Assembly: GCA_964351975.1 (NCBI GenBank) | Contig: CAYGPK010000003.1 | Span: forward strand, 91,617-155,616 | DNA from: an uncultured Methanosarcinales archaeon | GTDB lineage: Archaea > Nanobdellota > Nanobdellia > Woesearchaeales > UBA583 | Length of the DNA: 64,000 nucleotides | Reading direction: 5' to 3' | Part shown: positions 27,895 to 37,470 of the stretch, one piece after another | Layout of the letters: every line of letters begins with the position of its first letter | Numbering within the stretch: position 1 is the stretch's first letter | Notes under the pieces: model-generated | What the model was told of the DNA's origin: nothing | Seen by the model: only the letters and a program-made list of their open reading frames with translations | Database searches by the model: none | Program-made: the position numbers and the translations under genes

Positions 27895-28299
27895 TTATTC
27901 TTTTAAAATGCTTAAACCTATTCCATTTTTTTTATCATCAAATCCAAAAGATTTGTAGAATTTAATTAGTTCAGGATTATCGTATGCAAAAAGACCTATA
28001 TGGGTGTAATCTTTTGTTTTTGCTTTTTCCATAAGTGCTTGCATAATTTTTTTACCATTTCCTTGTTTTTGATATTCCTTCCTAACCATTACATCATAAA
28101 TCATACACATACATCCATCTTCTACTATTCTTCCCATTCCAATTAATTTTTCCCCATCCTTTAGATAATATATCCATTTTGATTTTTTTATGATTTCTTT
28201 CCATTTAGATATAGTTCTTGGACCCCATTCAATAGATTTTCTTAATTCTAAAATCTCTGAGATATTTTTTGGGTGCTTAAAAGTTCCTTTTATTTCCAT
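27895..28299 (-). CDS. GNAT-family N-acetyltransferase
   Basis: VRKEYQKQGNGKKIM (Q/RxxGxG/A acetyl-CoA motif), 134 aa. Confidence 0.8.
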   Translation of the reverse strand: MEIKGTFKHPKNISEILELRKSIEWGPRTISKWKEIIKKSKWIYYLKDGEKLIGMGRIVEDGCMCMIYDVMVRKEYQKQGNGKKIMQALMEKAKTKDYTHIGLFAYDNPELIKFYKSFGFDDKKNGIGLSILKE

Positions 28300-28313
28300 T
28301 TTATTATTAATTT

Positions 28314-30239
28314 CTACCAGAATAACCCTCTGGAGATTTTAACGTTTTCAACAGCTTCAAGTTTTTTTAGTTTTGTTGCAAGTTCTTCAACATAAGGTCC
28401 ATCTAAAAGAGTTACAGTCATATTCACATCTCCATTTTTTAGAGATTTAGAGTTAACACTTAAGATATTAACATTTTGACTTGAGAAAGTATTTAGGATG
28501 TCCATTAATAATCCAATTTTATCTTTTAGAATCATAGTTATTGTAATTTCTTTTTCTTTTTCTTCTTTCCATCTTAGTTGAATTTTTTCACTAATTGTAT
28601 GTTTTGCATTATTACAACTCGCATTATGAATAACTAATTCTTTATTTTTACCTAAGACTCCAACTATTTGATCACCATAGTCTATTTTACAACAACCTGC
28701 TTTTCTAACTTTTTTAAATTCATCAATTCGTGTAATTTTTGATCTTAATTTACTAAATAAAACTTCATCAACTTCAATATTTTGTTTTCCACTATGCTTA
28801 AGTTGAATTGAATTTCTAATTTTTAATTTTGCTTTGTTTGTTTTAACAAATGTTAACCATTTTTCTGAGGGTTTAACAGATTTACTTGTTATGATTTCAA
28901 TTATGTCTCCACTTTTTAGAGTTTTATCAATTGTAGTCATAGATCCATTAATTTTTGCCTTATATGCTCTTTCTCCTATTTCAGTATGAACTGCGTATGC
29001 AAAATCTAAAACTGTTGCATTTTCAGGTAGAACTATTACATCATTTTTTGGTGTGAAAGTAAATATTTCATCTTCAAAGAAGTCAAATTTTAAAAGTTTT
29101 AGAAATTCAGCACTATCTTTATGTTCATTTTCCCATTGAAGAACTTCACGAAGCCAACCTATTTTTTTTTCAAATTTTTTATCTTCTTTTAGATTTTTAT
29201 ATCTCCAGTGAGCTGCAATTCCAAACTCTGCAAGTTTGTGCATATTCTCAGTTCTTATTTGTAATTCAACAGGACATTTAATTGCTCTTGAGAAAATTAC
29301 AGAATGAATAGATTGGTATCCATTAGCTTTAGGGTTTGTTATATAATCTTTCAATTTATCAGGAAATGCTTGAAAATTCTCATGTAAAACACCTAGTACT
29401 GTATAACAAGATGTTATGTCTTTTACAATTATTCTAATTGCATATAAATCAAATATGTCTTCAAAAGTTTTAGCCTTATCTTTGATTTTTTTGTATATGC
29501 TATAGAAGTTTTTTGGTCTTCCAAGAACTAATACATTTTTAACATTATTAGCATCTAATACATCTTTAATTTCTTTAACTGATTTTTCTACAATTATTTC
29601 TCTTTGAGTTCTTTTTAGATTGACTTTATCCTTAATTAAATTATACATCTCAGAGTCTGTGTATTTAAATGCTAAATCTTCCAATTCCCATTTTAGTGAA
29701 TAAAGTCCCACTTTTTGTGCTATTGGAACATAAATTAAAATTGTTTCTTTAGAGATTCTAGTCTTTTTTTCTTCAGACATATCTCTAATAGTTCTCATAT
29801 TGTGTAATCTATCACATAGTTTGATAATTAAAATTCTGATATCCTTTGCACTTGCTAAAAGAACTTTTCTAAGGGCTTCAATATTTACTTCTTCTTTTTT
29901 TCTTCCAAATCCGGTTATTTTTGTTAATCCATCTACTAATAACTCTATTTCTTCACCAAATTCTTTTCTTATTTGTTCTAAATTAACCTCTGTGTCTTCA
30001 ACAACATCGTGTAATAAAGCTGCAATTATTGATTGGTCATCCATACCTAAATCTGCGACAATTCTTGCAACATTTAATGGGTGTGAAATAAATGGTTCTC
30101 CTGATTTTCTTTTTTGATAAATATGAGCTTTTTTTGAAAATTCATAAGCTTCTTCAATTAACTTTTTATTATGTCCTGGTTTTAAGTTATCTAAAAAATC
30201 TTTAAAATCCTTATTTATCTCGCTTAAATCTTTTGCCAT
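28314..30239 (-). CDS. long RelA/SpoT homologue: (p)ppGpp hydrolase (HD) + synthetase + TGS + ACT
   Basis: HPLNVARIV...ALLHDVVEDT (HD), RIIV...GYQSIHSVI...ELQIRT (synthetase), FTPKNDVIVLPENATVLDFAYAVHTEIG (TGS), C-terminal ACT-like LKDKIGLLMDILNTFS. Confidence 0.9.
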   Translation of the reverse strand: MAKDLSEINKDFKDFLDNLKPGHNKKLIEEAYEFSKKAHIYQKRKSGEPFISHPLNVARIVADLGMDDQSIIAALLHDVVEDTEVNLEQIRKEFGEEIELLVDGLTKITGFGRKKEEVNIEALRKVLLASAKDIRILIIKLCDRLHNMRTIRDMSEEKKTRISKETILIYVPIAQKVGLYSLKWELEDLAFKYTDSEMYNLIKDKVNLKRTQREIIVEKSVKEIKDVLDANNVKNVLVLGRPKNFYSIYKKIKDKAKTFEDIFDLYAIRIIVKDITSCYTVLGVLHENFQAFPDKLKDYITNPKANGYQSIHSVIFSRAIKCPVELQIRTENMHKLAEFGIAAHWRYKNLKEDKKFEKKIGWLREVLQWENEHKDSAEFLKLLKFDFFEDEIFTFTPKNDVIVLPENATVLDFAYAVHTEIGERAYKAKINGSMTTIDKTLKSGDIIEIITSKSVKPSEKWLTFVKTNKAKLKIRNSIQLKHSGKQNIEVDEVLFSKLRSKITRIDEFKKVRKAGCCKIDYGDQIVGVLGKNKELVIHNASCNNAKHTISEKIQLRWKEEKEKEITITMILKDKIGLLMDILNTFSSQNVNILSVNSKSLKNGDVNMTVTLLDGPYVEELATKLKKLEAVENVKISRGLFW

Positions 30240-30260
30240 TTTTTTATATTATTGTGTTTC

Positions 30261-30268
30261 ATTTAAAT
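30261..30268 (-). promoter_or_regulatory. TATA-like box (ATTTAAAT) for the RelA/SpoT homologue
   Basis: 22 nt from minus-strand ATG 30239. A weaker box than the consensus. Confidence 0.35.
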
Positions 30269-30271
30269 TGA

Positions 30272-30342
30272 TACAAGAATGAAGCAAAGCGTAGTGTCTC
30301 GTACCCTTGGTACAAGAACGAAGCAAAGCGTAGTGTCTCGTA
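30272..30342. repeat. tandem direct repeat, 2 x 32 nt (31/32 identical) separated by CCCTTGG
   Basis: Units are 30272-30303 and 30311-30342 (TACAAGAAYGAAGCAAAGCGTAGTGTCTCGTA). Each unit has self-complementary ends. It is unusually GC-rich for a spacer. Confidence 0.85.
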
Positions 30343-30365
30343 TCTTTTGCCATCATTTATTTGTT

Positions 30366-31496
30366 TTAATACACATAAGCGCAACTAAAACTTTCTAATT
30401 GTTTTGTTTTAGAATCAATTTGTTTAATTAAATTATTTAAATTTTCAGGGTTATTAAATCTTTCGTTTTCAATTAAATCTTTTGTTTGTTCAAGTAGAAT
30501 TTTAAAAGATGTATATAGCGTAGTTTGTTGTGAGCCTTCAATGTCTGGGTCATTATCTCTAACTAAAGTTGAAGAACAAATTTTCTTAGTTTTACTCTCC
30601 TCAATTAAAACATCAGTTTTGGAGATATAAAAGTTATATGTTTCAATAGAGTTATCGATTACTGATTTGTAAGAACATTCAAATGTTTGCGGATTAGAGA
30701 AAGTTGCCATTGTTGCAAGAGATAAGGATTCATCAAAGTCTACATAATTAAAAGTTTTAATTAGTTCGTTATTTAAATAGTAGTTTATTGCTCCATAACC
30801 ATCTTTATCATCAATTTTAATATGGTATACAATTGAATTTAAATTATCTAAAAACTCAGAATTTAGATTAATACTTTCATCACTAACAAAGTTTATAGTT
30901 TGAATATTCATTTCTTTTATTTTTTCTTCTAATTCATTTGGGTCAAAAGTTTCAAAATTTACAAACATATAATTTAAATCTCTATATGATCCTTTTTCAA
31001 ATTTTAGAGCTAACTTTTGTGATATTTGAGAGTTTGAATCAAATACTATTAAATTTTTTTTTGAAACTATAGCAAGAAGATTTGTTGTTTTAAAAGGTAT
31101 TCTAAAGCTTTCAACAGCAAGATAAGAATTAGAGATAGTACCTTCAGAGATTTTAGTCATAAATGTTGGATAGTTTCTTAAAAATTCATTTTCTGAATCT
31201 AAATTAGAATTTATTGAAAGAATAGGTATATCATCATTACAAATAATTTCAACTTCTTTATTCTTGAAAATATTTCCTAGTGGTTTTAATGAATTCTCTT
31301 CTATTCCTTCTGTTCTACCCACATTATTTAATATTCCCCTAAATGATTGTCTTAATTCTATATCATATTTTGCTTCTTCGTTATCTTGGTATTTTCCTAT
31401 TATATTATAAGTTAGTATTAGAAAGAAACCTCCAATTATTATCATAAATACCCAAGAAAGAGAAATCATCGTATTTGCTTTTTTGCTAAGTTTCAT
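30366..31496 (-). CDS. hypothetical secreted or membrane-anchored protein
   Basis: 376 aa with an N-terminal hydrophobic segment (ISLSWVFMIIIGGFFLIL). No catalytic motif. Confidence 0.5.
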   Translation of the reverse strand: MKLSKKANTMISLSWVFMIIIGGFFLILTYNIIGKYQDNEEAKYDIELRQSFRGILNNVGRTEGIEENSLKPLGNIFKNKEVEIICNDDIPILSINSNLDSENEFLRNYPTFMTKISEGTISNSYLAVESFRIPFKTTNLLAIVSKKNLIVFDSNSQISQKLALKFEKGSYRDLNYMFVNFETFDPNELEEKIKEMNIQTINFVSDESINLNSEFLDNLNSIVYHIKIDDKDGYGAINYYLNNELIKTFNYVDFDESLSLATMATFSNPQTFECSYKSVIDNSIETYNFYISKTDVLIEESKTKKICSSTLVRDNDPDIEGSQQTTLYTSFKILLEQTKDLIENERFNNPENLNNLIKQIDSKTKQLESFSCAYVY

Positions 31497-31544
31497 TTGC
31501 CTTATTAGTTTAATTTATAAAGGAGTATATAAATATTTTCTATA

Positions 31545-32015
31545 ATGAAAATAAATAAATTAAATTTTAATTTAAAACAATTTGATTTCAAATTATATTT
31601 ACTTGTTGCATTTTTTGTTTTATTAGATCAGTTTACTAAATTTATTACTGAGAATATTAACTATAATATTTTTGATTTTTTTAAGATTCAATTTTCTTTA
31701 AATAGTGGTTCAGCCTTTGGAATTTTTTCAGGTTTTGAATTTTATAATTTATTTATTATACTATTATCTTTGGTAGTTCTAGTTTTAGTTCATAAGAATA
31801 AAAAATATTTTAATTCTTCAAATTTTCATAAATGGTTGTATATTTTCATTTTCTCAGGTGTTATTGGAAATCTACTAGATAGAATTTTATTGGGAAGTGT
31901 TCGTGATTTTATTTATTTAAAGTATTTTTCAATATTTAATTTTGCTGATATTTATTTGAGTGTTGCAGCAATTTTAATAATTTATATTGAGTTTATTAAA
32001 AATAAGAAAAATTAA
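31545..32015 (+). CDS. lspA: lipoprotein signal peptidase (signal peptidase II)
   Basis: LNSGSAFGIF, GVIGNLLDRILLGSVRDFI and FNFADIYLSVAA, the LspA conserved boxes including both catalytic Asp regions. Confidence 0.8.
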   Translation: MKINKLNFNLKQFDFKLYLLVAFFVLLDQFTKFITENINYNIFDFFKIQFSLNSGSAFGIFSGFEFYNLFIILLSLVVLVLVHKNKKYFNSSNFHKWLYIFIFSGVIGNLLDRILLGSVRDFIYLKYFSIFNFADIYLSVAAILIIYIEFIKNKKN

Positions 32016-32091
32016 GATTTCTAAAGTTTATTGTATCTCTTAATGCTAGATAACAAATCTTTAAAAAGGGAAAAATTTGTTTTAATTCATA

Positions 32092-34446
32092 ATGAGTGAA
32101 AATAGAGTAGTTTTAGGACCTGAATCTTCAGTTGTTTATTATAATTTGAATAAGCAATTTTCAACTGTAAGAAAAATTGTAATTACTCCTGAGATATTTT
32201 TAGGGTCTTTTGAAAATTCTGAGGTTAAATCTCATTTTGATACTTTATCAAAAGTTACTGATTATGCATCTGCCTCAAAAGAGCTTTTAGAAACTGACAT
32301 TTTAGATTCAAAATTAAATGATGGACTTCACAAACAAATCCAAGATAGTTTAGCAAAGATTTCTGATAATGTTATGGATATACAACTTGCGAATTATAAT
32401 TTTATGAATTCTATGTCAAATTCCAAGTTTAATGTAGTTTTAAGATGTGAGAGTTTCTCTATTTCTAAATTTTATGTTGAGAGGGGAGCAATTGTCTCTG
32501 CAATTAGGAATTTAGTTAAAAGCTATGTTAAATTTTCAGGAAATGCATATAGAATTTCAAGACTTCTAAATTTTCATATTGAGGTTTTTGAATCTTTTGA
32601 GATTTATAAAACTATTACTTTGAAAAAAGAAGGAAATTTATTATTGCTTGTATCAAATTTTGGTTTTGATTATGAAGAACCATTTAGCTATAATGATTGT
32701 GGAGAAATGTATTATTCTAAGGGAGAAAAATTTAATTTTTTTGAGAATAATCAAAATAGAGCGGTTCTTAAAGATCATGCAAATTTAAAAGAATCAGAAA
32801 TTCATAAACAGAAAAAGATTTTATCTGATGAGAATTTAGTTTTGATAAATAATAGTACTAAAAATATTAATGATGCGATTATTGAAATTTATCTAACTAG
32901 TAAAGGAAATTTAAAGATTTCTAATTTATCTCTTCTAGAAAATTCTTTAGGTAGTGCAAATGAAAAAGGTGTAATTCTAAATAAATCTTCTAAAAACTAT
33001 GATAAAATTTCACTTGTTGGTCTTCGTGATAATTTAGATGATGATTTATCTAATCCCAAATATTTACTTATTAGAAATGGAAATGAGATAAAGGAACTCT
33101 TAGAGAATTTATCTATTCTAAAAAAAATAGATGGAATTATTTTTAATGAAGTATTTTCTTCTTTATATTTTGATAAAGTATGCCATAGTTTAGATATTGA
33201 TGTTATTTATTATAAAGATTATTTAAGTAAGTCTCTTGAAGTTAAAGTTGACATTAATAATTTAGAATTTGAAGAGCAAAATGTAACTAAAAATGAGGGG
33301 AGTGGAAATAATCCTTTTTCCTCTATAATTCAAGATTCTAAAAAAGGTAAAGATGAATTTTTGGAAAGATTAAAAAATATTGATTTAAGCACCCCAAAAA
33401 GAGAAGGTGATGGTGAAAGGCGAGAGAATGGAAATGGTGATGTAGCTAATTTAGCAACTGGAATTATTTCAAGTGCTAATTCTAGTATGAGGGGAAGTTC
33501 TAGTGGTGCAGGGGCATCTTCTGGTTCAATGAGTAGTTCTTCTTTTGGAAATGTTTCAGGAGGAAAGAAAAGTGCCCTACAAATGCTTGCAGATTCAGCT
33601 TTAGGTGCTTTAAATAATCCAACTCCTAAACCACAAGAACAAATGCCTTTAACTGAGCAAGTTAGAGTAGAAGAACCTTTAGAATTTCAAGGTCAAGAAA
33701 GTAATTTTGATAGTTACAATAATAATAACAATAATAATTCTTTTAATCAATCTTCTAATAATGAGTCTAATGAATTTGGTTTTGGTGCTGATTTTTCTAA
33801 TAGTAATTTAATTGAAAAAGATGTTACCTCAAAAGATTTAAATCCAGTTCCTTCAAATGATTTTTCAGGATTTATGGATAACTCAGATAATACTAGTTCT
33901 AGTGTTGAGAGTCGAAGTTCTTCTTCAACTGATACTAAAAGGTATGAAAATGTTTTGGCAACAGAGATTATAACTATTCCTGGTGTTGAATCTGGACATT
34001 ATTTTGCTGACTCTAGTAATTTTATGAATGTGTCAGGAGGTGAAATATTTTTTATGACAAATTCAATTGATAATTTAAATAATCCTCATCTTAACTATGT
34101 TTTACCTATTTCATTTTATGATTCTTCAATTTCAAAACATTATTTTATGATTAATGGAGCTGAGGATTTTATGAGGTTAACTCAAGATTTTAAAGGTAAG
34201 TGTTTTGTTAATTTAACTAAGGTTGACTCTGATAGTGCAAAAAATTTACTTTCGAGGTGTTTGAGTACTTTAAATAAACCTGTTTATGTTGTTGTAAATA
34301 AATCTAGTTTGAATTTATTAACGGATTTAATTAATATGATTGAAGGAGTTTTTGTAAAAGATTTAATGTCTAATGATGAACTTGATGATGTTAAAGATAA
34401 ACTACTTGTATTAGAAAAGAAGTTTCTAATGAGAAACAACAACTGA
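32092..34446 (+). CDS. large hypothetical protein with central S/N/G-rich low-complexity linker
   Basis: 784-aa ORF. Roughly residues 430-620 are low complexity (SSSGAGASSGSMSSSS, NNNNNNN). No motif recognised. Confidence 0.5.
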   Translation: MSENRVVLGPESSVVYYNLNKQFSTVRKIVITPEIFLGSFENSEVKSHFDTLSKVTDYASASKELLETDILDSKLNDGLHKQIQDSLAKISDNVMDIQLANYNFMNSMSNSKFNVVLRCESFSISKFYVERGAIVSAIRNLVKSYVKFSGNAYRISRLLNFHIEVFESFEIYKTITLKKEGNLLLLVSNFGFDYEEPFSYNDCGEMYYSKGEKFNFFENNQNRAVLKDHANLKESEIHKQKKILSDENLVLINNSTKNINDAIIEIYLTSKGNLKISNLSLLENSLGSANEKGVILNKSSKNYDKISLVGLRDNLDDDLSNPKYLLIRNGNEIKELLENLSILKKIDGIIFNEVFSSLYFDKVCHSLDIDVIYYKDYLSKSLEVKVDINNLEFEEQNVTKNEGSGNNPFSSIIQDSKKGKDEFLERLKNIDLSTPKREGDGERRENGNGDVANLATGIISSANSSMRGSSSGAGASSGSMSSSSFGNVSGGKKSALQMLADSALGALNNPTPKPQEQMPLTEQVRVEEPLEFQGQESNFDSYNNNNNNNSFNQSSNNESNEFGFGADFSNSNLIEKDVTSKDLNPVPSNDFSGFMDNSDNTSSSVESRSSSSTDTKRYENVLATEIITIPGVESGHYFADSSNFMNVSGGEIFFMTNSIDNLNNPHLNYVLPISFYDSSISKHYFMINGAEDFMRLTQDFKGKCFVNLTKVDSDSAKNLLSRCLSTLNKPVYVVVNKSSLNLLTDLINMIEGVFVKDLMSNDELDDVKDKLLVLEKKFLMRNNN

Positions 34447-34540
34447 AACCGATCGGGAGTTGTGATAGGTGACTTTGCGATTAAGGGAGTTATATACTTA
34501 ATCTAATTTAAATTTAATTTGAAATTAGTTTTAATTTTAT

Positions 34541-36691
34541 CTAATCTAAATATGGTTTCTTACTTTCACTTAGTTGTTTTAAATCTCCCATTGTTTCACT
34601 GATTTGTTCTAATGAATCATATGACCCGGGAATTCCATATTCAATGAAGTTAATTGTAATTTCATTTCTATTTAGTAAGTCTTTTGTTGTAACTTCAAAA
34701 TTTTCGATTTCAATTCCGCCTTTAATCCAAGATTCCATTTTCATCTCAGGTAGTGTTGTACATCCACCCTCATAACAACTATTTTCTTCTCTAATTGTAA
34801 TTTCTCTGTTGTAATTTAGAAATCCTTTAATTGTATAGTTTCCAGGCATTAATTCAATTTCTAAATCCTGAGTATTATTTTCATTCACTTGAACAAGTCT
34901 TGTAAAATCTTTTTCTTCTTTATTTTCAAAAATTACAAATCCTTCTTCGTATCTGCTTATTGGAATTGGTTTTGCAAATTTACTATCTTTTACAGTTAGT
35001 TTTCCGATATTTACTTTAAGAGGTTTACTTGATGGCATTTCGTATTCACCTAAGTTAATTGGTTCATTTAAAGTTGGATTTAAATTATCAATTGTAATTT
35101 TCTTATGTCCATATTTGTAAATTTCAAGAGTTCCAGGGTCACAATTAACAGGTACTCTAAATTTAAGTTCTGTTATATTATTTGTTATACTCTTTGATGT
35201 TGTACTTGTTTGACCTATATAACATGTTGCAATGTTTTTACAAGTAAAAGTTACAATTGCATCTTCAACACCAGTTTTAGGTCCATCAGGTTTATTATTT
35301 CCATAGTTTATTGGGTCTGTTATGTTTATACTAATGTATTCTGAAATAAATTGTGGTGGATCACATACAAGAGATTTTGTATTTGATATGTCTAAGTCTT
35401 CAAGGTTAAAATCAAAAACGTAGTTTTCTTTAAGTGGTGTATTATGAGCAATATTTGTTTCAATTGGTAAATTAAACTGAAACTTATCATTTGGATCTGG
35501 TTTTTTAATTTGAACAACTATTGGTGCTGAAATTTCATATGTTGCTAAATATTCGGTAAAGAATATTGGAACAAGGCCAATTATGGCCTCAGGTCTTGGA
35601 AGTAAAATCACATCACCTAAACTTGGACTAATTGAGAAGAACATTGGAAAAAATGGCTCAAATGTAGGGTTAATTTCGTAGTTTTGATATTCTTTAAATA
35701 AATTTGGAGCATCTTTTTTAGTTAAACTATTTTCTGAAACATAGTCTCTAAGATAAGCATTGTAAACTCCATTTGCAAATTCATTATTTTTTAATTCTTC
35801 AGGTAATTGCTCTAATTCATATTCTGAATTCAGAAATTTGATTTGACCTATGTTTGAGTTGATTATCTGTTTTGCTAAAGTTTCAACTTTTGGTATTTCC
35901 CAAGGTCTAAAATCATATTGCATTTTAAAATCGTATTGGGGTGGAAGTAAATCTCTAGTTTCAGATGTTTGATAGGGTGTTAAAAACTGCATTATTCTTT
36001 TTTCAAAGAAAGAGGAATTTGCCTCAGACACAACAATATCTCTTGCGATTAAATATGGAATTAATATTTTATTTTCTATTTCAGATTTAAATGAATCAAT
36101 GTATTCTGTGTTGTTTTCATTTAATTCAGTTATTTCAATTGGTAAATCTAATTCAACAATAACTTCTTTTTCAGTTAGTGTTATTTGTGTATCTATGTCT
36201 TTTGGTTCATATTTTATTTTATATATACCTTCAAATGCTGAAAATCCTTGGATACAATTATTCTCTAAGTTATCATCTAGATATTTTTTAAATTGATTCT
36301 TTATTGAGTAAGTATTATCTGTATCATACTGAGGAATATTTAATTCAAATGTTTCTTTAGTGTCATCATAATAATACCAATAAGGCATTTCTACTTTTTC
36401 TAGAAAATTAAGTCCTTGGGCAATTTTATTTTCATATTTATTTTTTTCTCTTGATGCTAAAATCATTTGAGGATGATATAACCAACCAGAATGAATTCCT
36501 ATTTGTTCTTGTGCTTGTTTGGATTGTAGTTCTAAACAACTTTCGATATAGGTTTTTATTTTTACTGATGGCTTATCTTCTGTGAAAAAATTTAATTTAC
36601 TATTAGACGTTGAAATTATTATAATAAATGATAGAACGAGTATCACTGAGATTATAACAAAAATACTAATTTGACTTTTTGGATGTTTCAT
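34541..36691 (-). CDS. large secreted or anchored hypothetical protein
   Basis: 716 aa. N-terminal MKHPKSQISIFVIISVILVL is a possible class III/pilin-like signal or a signal anchor. A TATA box lies 23 nt upstream. Confidence 0.5.
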   Translation of the reverse strand: MKHPKSQISIFVIISVILVLSFIIIISTSNSKLNFFTEDKPSVKIKTYIESCLELQSKQAQEQIGIHSGWLYHPQMILASREKNKYENKIAQGLNFLEKVEMPYWYYYDDTKETFELNIPQYDTDNTYSIKNQFKKYLDDNLENNCIQGFSAFEGIYKIKYEPKDIDTQITLTEKEVIVELDLPIEITELNENNTEYIDSFKSEIENKILIPYLIARDIVVSEANSSFFEKRIMQFLTPYQTSETRDLLPPQYDFKMQYDFRPWEIPKVETLAKQIINSNIGQIKFLNSEYELEQLPEELKNNEFANGVYNAYLRDYVSENSLTKKDAPNLFKEYQNYEINPTFEPFFPMFFSISPSLGDVILLPRPEAIIGLVPIFFTEYLATYEISAPIVVQIKKPDPNDKFQFNLPIETNIAHNTPLKENYVFDFNLEDLDISNTKSLVCDPPQFISEYISINITDPINYGNNKPDGPKTGVEDAIVTFTCKNIATCYIGQTSTTSKSITNNITELKFRVPVNCDPGTLEIYKYGHKKITIDNLNPTLNEPINLGEYEMPSSKPLKVNIGKLTVKDSKFAKPIPISRYEEGFVIFENKEEKDFTRLVQVNENNTQDLEIELMPGNYTIKGFLNYNREITIREENSCYEGGCTTLPEMKMESWIKGGIEIENFEVTTKDLLNRNEITINFIEYGIPGSYDSLEQISETMGDLKQLSESKKPYLD

Positions 36692-36713
36692 TAATCTTTT
36701 TTCATAATTCTTT

Positions 36714-36721
36714 TTTATAAA
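36714..36721 (-). promoter_or_regulatory. TATA box (TTTATAAA) for the 716-aa gene
   Basis: 23 nt from minus-strand ATG 36691. Confidence 0.5.
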
Positions 36722-36846
36722 GATTTGTTGTCTTTAGAATAAGACTTTGGCTTTACAAGGAGATTTAGAATCTGAACTTTCGAATTAGTAGTGACAAAAA
36801 GATATAAATACTTTTGATGAAAGTATGTTAAACAATCTAGTAAAAG

Positions 36847-37437
36847 ATGGAAGAACAAGACGAGAAAAAAGCGGCTCAAGGTATTGGAACCTTAATTATT
36901 TTTATTGCATTAATTCTTGTAGCAGCAGTTGCAGCAGGTGTTTTAATTCAGACTGCAGCTTCATTACAATCTAAATCCTTAGATGTAGGAAGACAATCGC
37001 AGGAAAAAATTTCAACAGATTTAGAAGTGACACAAGTTTATGTGGTTGACACTAGTGATGGTCAAATTAACGGTGGTGTGGATAATTTGTCAATTACTTC
37101 AAGATTAGGTTCAGGAAGTATTGCTATTAAATTAACTGATTTATTAATTAAAGTTGATTCATCAGGTTCAGGTGCTACTATGAATTATGTTGTTGGAACT
37201 AATATTTCGGGGAATCAGTATTTAGCAAATTATTTAATTAATGGTTCACAGCATTTAGATGGTTATATTGCACCAGGAGATGTAATAGAGTTTACAATGC
37301 AATTAAGAGCTGGTGTTAATGTTTCTGAGGGTGATAGATTAATTATTAGAATGATTCCTAAAAATGGTCAAATTAAACCTGTAGATACAACAATTCCATC
37401 TGCAATTATTGATTCTGTTACCTATTTATATCCATAA
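36847..37437 (+). CDS. archaellin (FlaB/ArlB family)
   Basis: Class III signal and conserved hydrophobic N-terminus: KKAAQGIGTLIIFIALILVAAVAAGVLIQTAASLQSKS. Confidence 0.85.
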   Translation: MEEQDEKKAAQGIGTLIIFIALILVAAVAAGVLIQTAASLQSKSLDVGRQSQEKISTDLEVTQVYVVDTSDGQINGGVDNLSITSRLGSGSIAIKLTDLLIKVDSSGSGATMNYVVGTNISGNQYLANYLINGSQHLDGYIAPGDVIEFTMQLRAGVNVSEGDRLIIRMIPKNGQIKPVDTTIPSAIIDSVTYLYP

Positions 37438-37470
37438 ACTTTTATTTTTTATAAAATTAAAAACGGCTTT

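Noticed and set aside
30272-30342. CRISPR array, or a link between the GTCTC sequence in the repeats and the Type IIS-like R-M system
   Set aside because: There are only two repeat units with a 7-nt spacer and no cas genes, so this is not a CRISPR. GTCTC inside the repeat resembles the Alw26I-type site, but the specificity of the local R-M system is unknown, so this is treated as coincidence.
30249-30356. 35-codon minus-strand ORF (MMAKDTRHYALLRSCTKGTRHYALLHSCINLNETQ) spanning the tandem repeats, which shares ATGGCAAAAGAT with the true RSH start
   Set aside because: It has no TATA box at the canonical distance upstream, and the ORF runs across the putative RSH TATA box. Its internal peptide repeat is simply the translation of the DNA repeat. 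A leader-peptide role is possible but less likely than a DNA- or RNA-level element.
32092-34446. Possible PEP-utilising or ATP-grasp enzyme call for the 784-aa protein
   Set aside because: No nucleotide-binding or catalytic motif could be identified by eye, and the central region is low-complexity. It is left as hypothetical.
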